Shown piece after piece: positions 1 through 11,300 of a stretch of DNA of 39,102 bases (within the stretch, counting starts at the first letter, position 1; each line of letters begins with the position of its first letter). Below the pieces are notes generated by a model. The model made no database searches. It was not told the DNA's origin and was given only the letters and a program-made list of their open reading frames with translations. The stretch spans positions 17,432 to 56,533 of the forward strand of contig NW_025214965.1 in the NCBI RefSeq assembly GCF_004010195.1, written 5' to 3'. A program made the position numbers and the translations under genes. Source of the stretch: Chiloscyllium plagiosum. Its lineage: Eukaryota.

Positions 1-84
1 TTAGGTGGGCTTGGATCGGTGCAACATCGAGGGCCGAAGGGCCTGTACTGCGCTGTATTCTGCTATGTTCTATGTTCTATGTTC
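1..84 (+). mobile_element. 3' end (3'UTR and tail) of a CR1-clade LINE; the rest lies upstream of the window
   Basis: GGCCGAAGGGCC stem-loop, then TGTACTGCGCTGTATTC and a (TTCTATG)n-type tail ending at 84. Closely similar 3' termini follow RT-coding sequence at 12736-12781 (+) and 30993-31055 (-). Confidence 0.9.
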
Positions 85-410
85 CTGTACGCTCCCCTCA
101 GGCCTTGCCCATACTGCAGTGCGACGCAGACCCACCTTGGTACAGAAGACCTTCAGGCCTTACCCATCCTGCTGTGGGGCGCAACCACATGGGTACAGAC
201 TGCCCTCAGGCCTTACCCATCCTGCTGTGTGACACAACCCCTCCGCGGTACAGACTCCCCTCTGGTCTTACCCATCCTGCAGTAGGACACAACCCCTCCC
301 TGGTACAGACACCCTCCAGGCCTTACCCATCCTGTTTGGACACAACCCCTCCCTGGTACAACTCTCCTCAGGCCTTACCCATCCTGCAGTGGGACACAAC
401 CCCTCCCCAG

Positions 411-1488
411 TACAGACTCCCCTCTGGCCTTACCCATCCTGCTTGGACACAACCCCTCCCTGGTACAACTCTCCTCAGGCCTTACCCATCCTGCAGTGGG
501 ACACAACCCCTCCCCAGTACAGACTCCCCTCTGGCCTTACCTATCCTGCTGTGAGACACAACCCCTCCCCAGTACAGACTCCCCTCGGGCCTGACCCATC
601 CTACTGTGGGACACAATTCCTCTATGGTACAGACTCCCCTCAGGCCCTCCCCATCCTGCTGTGGGAGTCAACCTTTCTCCTGTACACTCCCCTCAGGCCT
701 TACCCATCCTGCTGTGGGACGCAGACCCACCCCGGTACAGAAGAACTTCAGGCCTTACCCATCCTGCTGTGGGACACAACCCCTCCCTGGTGCAATCTCG
801 CCTCGGGCCTTACCCATCCTGGTGGGACACAACTCCCCTTTACAACTCTCCTCAGGCCATACTGATCCTGCTGTGGGACACATCCCCTCTTCTGTACAGA
901 TTCTCCTGGGGCCTTACCCATCCTGCTGTTGGACCGATTTCCTCCCTGGTGCTATCTCCCCTTTGGGCCTCACCGATACTGCTGCAGGACACCACCCCTC
1001 CCTGGTACAGACTCCTCTCAGGCTTTACCAATCCTGCTGTGGGACACATCCCCTCCCCAATACAGACACCCCTCGGGCCTTACCTTCTGCTGTAGGATGC
1101 AGACACTCCCCGGTACAGACTCCCCTCTGGCCTTACCCATCCTGTTTGGACACAACCCCTCCCTGGTACAACTCTCCTCAGGCCTTACCCATCCTGCAGT
1201 GGGACACAACCCCTCCCCAGTACAGACTCCCCTCTGGCCTTACCTATCCTGCTGTGAGACACAACCCCTCCCCAGTACAGACTCCCCTCGGGCCTGACCC
1301 ATCCTACTGTGGGACACAATTCCTCTATGGTACAGACTCCCCTCAGGCCCTCCCCATCCTGCTGTGGGAGTCAACCTTTCTCCTGTACACTCCCCTCAGG
1401 CCTTACCCATCCTGCTGTGGGACGCAGACCCACCCCGGTACAGAAGAACTTCAGGCCTTACCCATCCTGCTGTGGGACACAACCCCTC
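411..1488 (+). repeat. Block duplication within the 55-bp array: ~411-785 repeated at ~1114-1488 (703-bp offset)
   Basis: Shared diagnostic variants (GAGTCAACCTTTCTCC, CAGAAGAACTTC). ORFs 606/1309 and 661/1364 begin identically, 703 bp apart. Confidence 0.9.
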
Positions 1489-3395
1489 TCCTGCACAGAA
1501 TCCCCTGGGGTTTTACCCATCCTTCTATGGGAAAAAACCCCTCCCCGGTACAGTCTCCCCTTGGGCCTTACCCTTCCTACTGTGAGGCACAATCCCTCCC
1601 CAGTACAGAAGATCTTTGGGCCTTACCCATCCTGCTTGGGCCAAAACCTCTCCCCGGTACAGACTCCCCTCTGGTCTTACCCATCCTGCAGTAGGACACA
1701 ATCCCTCCCTGGTGCAATCTCACCTCGGGCCTTACCCATCCTGCTGTGGGACACAACCCCTCCCCGGTACAGACTCTCCTCGGGCCTTACCCATTCTGCT
1801 GTGAGACACAACTCCTCGCTGGTACAGACGCCCCTTGGGCCTTTCCCATTCTGCTGTGGACACAACCCCTCCCTGGTACCGATTCCTCTCTGACCTTAAC
1901 CATCCTGCTGAGAGAGTGAACTCCTCACCTGTACAGTCTCCCCTTGAGCCTTACACTTCTTGCTGTGGGACAGAACCACATGGGTACAGACTCCAGTCCA
2001 GCCTTGCCCATCCTGCTGTGGGACACAACCACTCCCTGGTACAGACACCCTCCAGGCCTTACCCATCCTGTTTGGACACAACGCCTCCCTGGTACAACTC
2101 CCCTCTGGCCTTTCCCATCCTGCTGTGGGACACAACCCCTCCCCAGTACAGACTCCCCTTGAGCCTTACCCATCCTGCTGTGGGACACAACCCCTCCCCG
2201 GTCCAAATTCCCCTTGGGCCTTACCCATCCTGCTGTGGGTCACAACCCCTCTGCGGTGCAGACTCTCCTCAGCCCTTGCCCATCCTGCTGTGGGACACAA
2301 CCCCTCCCAGGTGCAGTCTCCCCGTGAGCCTTACCCATCCTGCTTTGGGACACAATCCATCCCCAGTGCAGTCTCCCGTGAGCCTTACCTGTCCTGCTTT
2401 GGGACGCATACCCTCCCCGGTACAGAGTACCCTCGGGCCTCACCCATCCTGCTGTGAGACACAACCCCCCTCCTGTACAGACTCCCCTCATGCCTTAACC
2501 ATACTGTGGGACGCAGACCCTCCCCGGTACAGAAGACCTTTAGGCTATAACCATGCTGCTGTGGGACACAACCCCTCCCCGGTGCAGACTTCCCTCGGCC
2601 TTACCCATCCTGCTGTGGGACATAATCCCTTCCTGGTGCAATCTCCCATCGGGCCTTACCCATCCTGCAGTGGTTCACATCCTATACCCGTCACAGACTC
2701 TCCTCCGGCCTTACCCATCCAGCTGTGGGACACAACCCCTCCCTGATACAGACTCCCCTCGGGCCTTAACCATCTGGCTGTTGACACAACCCCTTCCTGG
2801 TACAGACTGTCCTTGAGGCTTACCTGTCCTGCTTTGGGACGCATACCCTCCCTGATACGGACTCCCCTCTAGCCTTATCCAACATGCTATGGGACTGAAC
2901 ACCTCCCCGGGCCATCCTGCTGTGGGACACAACCCCTCCCTGGTGCAATCTCGCCTCGGGCCTTACCCATCCTGGTGGGACACAACTCCCCTTTACAACT
3001 CTCCTCAGGCCATACTGATCCTGCTGTGGGACACATCCCCTCTTCTGTACAGATTCTCCTGGGGCCTTACCCATCCTGCTGTTGGACCGATTTCCTCCCT
3101 GGTGCTATCTCCCCTTTGGGCCTCACCGATACTGCTGCAGGACACCACCCCTCCCTGGTACAGACTCCTCTCAGGCTTTACCAATCCTGCTGTGGGACAC
3201 ATCCCCTCCCCGATACAGACACCCCTCGGGCCTTACCTTCTGCTGTAGGATGCAGACACTCCCCGGTACAGACTCCCCTCTGGCCTTACCCATCCTGCTT
3301 GGACACAACCCCTCCCTGGTACAACTCTCCTCAGGCCTTACCCATCCTGCAGTGGGACACAACCCCTCCCCAGTACAGACTCCCCTCTGGCCTTA
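760..3395 (+). repeat. Block duplication within the 55-bp array: ~760-1240 repeated at ~2913-3395 (2153-bp offset)
   Basis: ORF pairs 852/3005, 929/3082 and 1018/3171 are near-identical at a 2153-bp offset; both blocks carry GGACCGATTTCCTCCC and GGATGCAGACACTCC. Confidence 0.9.
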
Positions 3396-5353
3396 CCCAT
3401 CCTGCAGTGGGATACAATCCCTCACCGGTATGGACACCCCTTGGGCCTTACCCATCCTGCTGTGGGACACAATCCCTCCCTGGTAAAGACTCCCCTCTGG
3501 CCTTAACCATCCTGCAGTGGGACACAAACCCTCACCGGTACAGACGCCCCTTGGGCCTGACCCATTCTGCTGTTGGACACAACCACTCACCGGTCCAGAC
3601 TCCACTCAGGCCTTACCCATCCTACTGAGGAACACAACTCCTCCCTTGTACAGAAGACCTTTGGGCCTTACCCATCCTGCTATGGGACACAACCCCTCCC
3701 CTGTACAGATTCCCCTCTGGCCTTACCCATCCTGCTGTGGGACACAACCCCTCCATGATGCAGACTCCCCTCCGGCCTCACCCATCCTGCTGTGGGACAC
3801 AACCCCTCTCCTGTACAGCCTCCCCTCAGGCCTTACCGATCCTGCTTTGGGATGCATCCCCTCCCCGATACAGAGTACCTTCGGGCCTTACCCACCCTGC
3901 TGTGGGACACAACCCCTCTCCTGTACAGACTCCCCTCAGGCCTTGCCCATCCTGCTGTGGGACACAACCCCTCCCTGGTACAGACTCCCCTCGGGCCCTA
4001 CCCATCCTGCTGTGGGACACAACCCCTCTCCTGTACAGCCTCCCCTCAGGCCTTACCGATCCTGCTTTGGGATGCATCCCCTCCCCGATACAGAATGCCC
4101 CAGGCCTTACCCATCCTTACTGTGGGACACAACCCCTCTCCTGTTATGCCTCCCCTCAGGCATTACCGATCCTGCTGTGGGACGCAGACCCTCCCCAGTA
4201 CAGAGTACCTTCGGCCTTACCCATCCTGCTGTGGGACACAATCCCTCCCAGATACAGTCTCCCCTCTGGCCTTACCGATCCTGCTTTGGGATGCATCCCC
4301 TCCCCGATACAGAATGCCCTGGGTCTTACCCATCCTTACTGTGGGACACAACCCCTCTCCTGTTATGCCTCCCCTCAGGCATTACCGATCCTGCTGCGGG
4401 ACGCAGACCCTCCCCGATACAGAATCCCCCCGGGCCTTACCCATCATGCTGTGGGACACAACCCCTCCCCGGTATAGACTCCCCTTGGGCCTTAACCATC
4501 TGGCTATTGGACACAACCCCTCTCTGGTACAGAATCCTGCCAGGCCTAACTCACCCTGCTGTGGGACACATCCCCTCTGCGGTACAGACTCCGCTTGGGA
4601 CTTAACCATCTGATTGTGGGACACAACCCTTCCCCAGTGCAGACTCCCCTCGGGCCTTAACCATCTGGCTGTGGGACACATTCCCCTCCCCGGTACAGAA
4701 GACCTTCAGGCCTTACCCATCCTGCTGAGGGACACAACTCCTCCCCGGTACAGTCGCCCCTCGGGCCTTACTCATCCTGCTGTGGGACACAACCCCACTT
4801 GGGTACAGACTCTCGACGGGCCTTACTCATCCTTCTGTGTGAAACAACCCCTCCGTGGTACAGAATCCCCTTGGGCCTTACCCATCTTTCTGTCAGACAC
4901 AACCCCTCCCTTGTGCAATCTCCCCTCAGGCTTTACCCATCCTGCTTGGGACACAGCCCCTCCCCAGTACAGACTCTCCTCAGGCCATACCCAACCTGCT
5001 GTGGGGCACAACCCCTCTCCTGTGCAGACTCCCCTCGGGCCTTACCCATCCTGCTGTGGGACACAACTGCTCCCTGATACAGACTCCCCTTGGACCTTAC
5101 CCATTTGGCTGTGGGGCACATCCCCTCCCCGGTACAGCCTCACCTCGGGCTTTACCCATTCTGCCGTGGAACACAATCCCTCCCTGGTGCAATCTCCCCT
5201 TCGGGTCTTACCCATTCTGCCGTGGGACATAACAGCTCCCCAGTACAGACTGCCCTCGGGCCTTAACCATCCTGCTGTGGGATGCACCCCCTCCCCTATA
5301 CAGATTCCCCCCCGGGCCTTACCCGTCCTGCTGTGGGACACAACCCCTCCCCG

Positions 5354-8300
5354 AAACCAACTGCATTCAATCATTCATTGAAACGAACTGCACGGATTAA
5401 TTCAAAGAGGAGAGCTTATCCCATGAAATCAGCGTCTCAGCTTAGCACACTCCTTCCATGAAACATTCTGCATTCATTCACTGAAACAAATTTCATTCGT
5501 ACATGCAATGAATCAACCGTTATTCATTTTTTGAGTGAAACAAACTTAAAACATTCACTTAATGAATCCATCTGCATTTCATTCATTCATTGAAACAAAC
5601 TCACCGATTCAATGAAACCAACTGCATGTGTTAATTCAATGAGTAGAGCTTATTCCATTAACTCAGTGCTTCGAGCTTGACGATCTCATTCGAAGGAACA
5701 AATTGCATTCATTCATTGAATCAAATTGCAAATGTACATTGAATGAATCAAACGTTTTGCATTGATTCTAATGAAACAAACTTAACAAGCCTTTGAATGA
5801 ATCGAACTGCATTTATTCAATGAATCCAACTTCACTCATTTCCTTACGGAAGCAAAGTGCATACATTCACTGATTCAGCGAATCAAACTGATCTCATCAT
5901 TTAATGAAACAAACTGAATCTGTTAAATCAGAGAGTAGAGCTTATCCCAAGAATACAATACCTCGAGGCTTACACACCAATTCCATGATATAATCTGCAT
6001 TCAATCATTGAAACAAACTTCATTCGTAATGATTCAATGAATCAGCCGTTATTTATTTTTTGCGTGAAACAAACTTAAAACCTTCCCTTAATGAATCCAA
6101 CTGCATTTCATTCTTTCATTGAATCAAACTTCAACGGTGCATTCAATGAATGAACCGTTACTCATTGATTCATTGTCTTGAACTTAACACACTCATTCAA
6201 TGAAACAGACTGCATTCATTCCTTCATTGAATCAAACTTCAAACGTAAGTTCAATGAATGAAACGTTATTCATTGATTCAATGAAACACTTAACACAGTC
6301 ATTTCATGAATCCATCTGCATTTCATTCTTTCAATTAATCAAACTCACCGATTGCATCTGTTAACAAACCAATCTGTTAACCAACTGCATCTGTTAATTC
6401 AATGTGTATAACGTCTGTCACTCATTCAATTTCTTGACCTAACGCACTCATTCAATGGAACGAACGGCATTCATTCATTCATTAAATCAAACTTCAGCCG
6501 TACTTTCAATGAATGAAAGGTTACTCATTAATTCTTTGTCTTGTACTTAACACACTCATTCAATGAAACAGACTGCATTCATTCGTTCATTAAAAGAAAC
6601 TTCAATCGTACAAGCAATGAAACAAACGTTATACATTTATCGAGTGAAACAAACTTAACTCATTCAGTTAATGAAATTAACTGCATTCATTCTTTGAATA
6701 TATCAAACTGCACTTACCACTTCAATGAAAGGAACTGAATGTGAAAATTCAATGAGTACAGCTTCTGACGTTCATTCAATTTCTCCACCTTAACTCACTC
6801 ATTCAATGAAACAAACTGCATTCACTCCTTCATTAAATCAAACTTCAATCGTAACTTCAATAAATGAAACATTATTCATTGATTCAATAAAACACACTTA
6901 ACACAGTCATGTAATGAATCCAACTGCATTTCATTATTTCATTCAATCAACCACACCGCTTCAATGAAACCACTGCATCTGTTAATTCAATGTGTAGAGC
7001 ACCTTTTAGTCATTCAATTTCTTGAGCTTAACGCACTCATTCAATGGAACCAACGGCATTCATTCATTCATTGAATCAAACTTCAACCGTACATTAAATG
7101 ATTGAAACGTTACTCATTGATTCATTGTCTTGAACATAGCACAGTCATTCACTGAAACAGACTGCATTCATTCTTCATTGAAGGAAACTTCAATCGTCCA
7201 AGCAATGAAACAACCGTTAGGCATTTATCGAGTGCAACAAACTTAACTCATTCAGTTAATGAATCGAACTGAATCCATTCTTTCGATGAACGTGTGAATT
7301 CAATGAGTACAGTTTCTGTCATTCTTTCAATTTATCCACCTTAACTCACCTATTCAATGAAACAAACTGCATTCATTCCTTCATTGAATCAAACTTCAAC
7401 CGTAACTTCAATGAATGAGACGTTATTCATTGATTAAATGAAGCGCACTTAACAGCCATTTAATGATTCCAACTGCACTTCAATCTTTCATTGAATCAGT
7501 CACCCCGATTCAATGAATCCAACTGCATCTGTTAATTCAATGTGTAGAGTGTCTCTCACTGATTCAATTTCTTCAGCTTAACGCACTCATTCAATGAAAC
7601 AAACTGCATTCATTCCTTCATTGAATCAAACTTCAACCGTAACTTCAATGAATGAAACGTTATTCATTGATTCAATAAAACACACTTAACACAGTCATGT
7701 AATGAATCCAACTGCATTTCATTATTTCATTCAATCAACCTCACCGATTTAATGAATCCACTGCATCTGTTAATTCAATGTGTAGAGCACCTCTTAGTCA
7801 TTCAATTTCTTAAGCTTAACGCACTCATTCAATGTAACCAACGGCATTCATTCATTCATTGAATCAAAATTCAACCGTACATTAAATGATTGAAACGTTA
7901 CTCATTGATTCATTGTCTTGAACTTAACACACTCATTCACTTGAAACAGACTGCATTCATTCATTCATTGAAGGAAACTTCAACCGTACAAGCAATGAAA
8001 CAACCGTTAGGCATTTATCGAGTGCAACAAACGTAACTCATTCTGTTAATGAATCTAACTGAATTCATTCTTTCGATGTACGTGTGAATTCAATGAGTAC
8101 AGTTTCTGTCATTCTTTCAATTTATCCACCTTAACTCACTCATTCAATGAAACAAACTGCATTCATTCCTTCATTGAATCAAACTTCAACCGTAACTTCA
8201 ATGAATGAAATGTTATTCATTGATTCAATGAAACACACTTAACACAGTAATTTAATGAATCCATCTGCATTACATTCTTTCATTGAATCAAACTCACCGA

Positions 8301-11300
8301 TTGCATCTGTTAACCAACCAATCTGTTAACCAACTGCATCTGTTAATTCAATGTGTATAGCGTCTCTCACTCATTCAATTTCTGAGTTAACGCACTGATT
8401 CAATGGAACATTCGGCAGTCATTCATTCATTGAATCAAACTTCCACCGTACTTTCAATGAATGAAAGGTTACTCATTAATTCTTTGTCTTGTACTTAACA
8501 CACTCATTCAATGAAACAGACTGCATTCATTCGTTCATTAAAAGAAACTTCAATCGTACAAGCAATGAAACAGCCGTTATTCATTTATCAAGTGAAACAA
8601 ACTTAACTCATTCAGTTAATGAAATTAACTGCATTCTTTCTTTCAATATATCAAATTGCACTTACTAATTCAATGAAAGGAACTGAACGTGAAAATTCAA
8701 TGAGTACAGCTTCTGTCGTTCATTCAATTTCTCCACCTTAACACACTCATTCAATGAAACAAACTGCATTCATTCCTTCATTGAAACAAACTTCAACCGT
8801 AACCTAAATGAATGAAACGTTATTCATTGATTCAATAAAACACACTGAACACAGTCATGTAATGAATCCAACTGCATTTCATTATTTCATTCAAGCAACC
8901 TCACCGATTCAATGAATCCACTGCATCTGTTAATTCAATGTGTAGAGCACCTCTTAGTCATTCAATTTCTTGAGCTTAACGCACTCATTCAATGGAACCA
9001 ACGGCATTCATTCATTCATTGAATCAAACTTCAACTGTACATTAAATGATTGAAACGTGACTCATTGATTCATTGTCTTGAACTTAACACACTCATTCAC
9101 TCGAAACAGACTGCATTCCTTCATTCATTGAAGGAAACTTCAACCGTACAAGCAATGAAACAACCGTTAGTCATTTATCGAGTGCAACAAGCGTAACTCA
9201 TTCTGTTAATGAATCTAACTGAATTCATTCTTTCGATGAACATGTGAATTCAATGAGTACAGTTTCTGTCATTCTTTCATTTTATCCACCTTAACTCACC
9301 TATTCAATGAAACAAACTGCATTCATTCCTTCATTGAATCAAACTTCAACCGTAACTTCAATAAATGAAATGTTATTCATTGATTAAATGAAGCGCACTT
9401 AACACAGTCATTTAATGATTCCAACTGCAGTTCATTCTTTCATTGAATCAATCACCCCGATTCAATGAATCCAACTGCATCTGTTAATTCAATGTGTAGA
9501 GTGTCTCTCACTGATTCAATTTCTTGAGCTTAATGCACTCATTCAATGGAACCAACGGCATTCATTCCTTCATTGAATCAAACTTCAACCGTAACTTCAA
9601 TGATTGAAACGTTATTCATTGATTCAATGAAACACACTTAACACAGTAATTTAATGAATCCATCTGCATTTCATTCTTTCATTGAATCAAATTCACCGAT
9701 TGCATCTGTTAACCAACAATCTGTTAACCAACTGCATCTGTTAATTCAATGTGTATTACGTCTCTCACTCATTCAATTTCTGAGTTAACGCACTGATTCA
9801 ATGGAACATTCGGCATTCATTCATTCATTGAATCAAACGTTCACCGTAACTTCAATGAATGAAAGGTTACTCATTAATTTTTTGTCTTGTACTTAACACA
9901 CTCATTCAAAGAAACAGACTGCATTCATTCATTCATTAAAAGAAACTTCAATCGTACTAGCAATGAAACAACAGTTATTCATTTATCGAGTGAAACAAAC
10001 TTAACTCATTCAGTTAATGAAACGAACTGCATTCCTTCTTTCAATATATCACACATTCAATGAGTACAGCTTCTGTCGTTCATTCAATTGCTCCACCTTA
10101 ACTGACTCAATCAATGAAACAGACTACATTCATTCCTTCATTGAATCACATTTCAACTGTAACTTCAATGATTGAAACGTTATTCATTGATTCAATGAAA
10201 CACACTTAACACAGTCATGTAATGAATCCAACTGCAATTCATTCTTTCATTGAATCAAACCGTTATTCATTTATCGAGTTAAACAAACTTAAGTCATTCA
10301 GTTAATGAAACTAACTGCATTCATTCTTTCAATATATCAAACCGCACTTACCACTTCAATGAAAGGGACTGAAGGTGTAAATTCAATGACTACAGCTTCT
10401 GTTGATCATTCAATTTCTCCACCTAAGCTCACTCATTCAATGAAACAAAGTGCATTCATTCCTTCATTGAATCAAACTTCAACCGTAACTTCAATGAATG
10501 AAATGTTATTCATTCATCCAATGAAACACACTTAACACAGTCATTTAATGAATCCAACTGCATTTCATTATTTCATTGAATCAAACTCACCGATTCAATG
10601 AATCCAGCTGCATCTTTTAATTCAATGTGTAGAGCGTCTCTCACTCATTCAATTTCTTGAGCTTAACGCACTCATTCAATGGAACCAACGGCATTCATTC
10701 ATTCATTCATTGAATCAAACATCAACCGTACATTCAATGAATGAAACGTTACTCATTAATTCTTTGTCTTGAACTTAACACACTCACTCATTATAAGAAA
10801 CTTCAATCGTACAAGCAATGAAACAAACGTTATTCATTTTTCAAGTGAAACAAACTGAATTCATTCCGTTAATGAAATTAACTGCATTCATTCTTTCAAT
10901 ATATCAAATTGCACTTACTAATTCAATGAAAGGAACTGAACGTGAAAATTCAATGAGTACAGGTTCAGTCATTCATCCAATTTCTCCACCTTAATACACT
11001 CATTCATTGAAACAAAGTGCATTCATTCCTTCATTGAATCAAACTTCAACCGTAACCTAAATGAATGAAACATTATTCATTAATTCAATGAAACACGTTT
11101 AACACAGTCATGTAATGAATCCAACTGCATTTCATTATTTCATTCAATCAACCTCACCGATTTAATGAATCCACTGCATCTGTTAATTCAATGTGTAGAG
11201 CACCTCTTAGTCATTCAATTTCTTGAGCCTAACGCACACATTCAATGGAACCAACGGCATTCATTCATTCATTGAATCAAATTTCAACCGTACATTAAAT

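Larger units (their letters stand above)
85..5353 (+). repeat. 55-bp GC-rich tandem repeat (minisatellite/satellite), about 95 copies
   Basis: Consensus CTGCTGTGGGACACAACCCCTCCCCGGTACAGACTCCCCTCGGGCCTTACCCATC; units start e.g. at 1741 and 1796. The + strand is C-rich. It ends abruptly at ...CAACCCCTCCCCG (5353). Confidence 0.97.

Noticed and set aside
85..5353. CRISPR-like array
   Set aside because: Units are contiguous with no unique spacers, no cas genes are present, and the context is eukaryotic LINE-containing DNA.
72..5381. Long Pro/Cys-rich ORFs (up to 362 aa) resembling keratin-associated or mucin-like proteins
   Set aside because: All three frames give the same cycling peptides from a 55-bp unit that is not a codon multiple. 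Indels and stops are scattered, many starts are non-ATG, and there is no gene structure.
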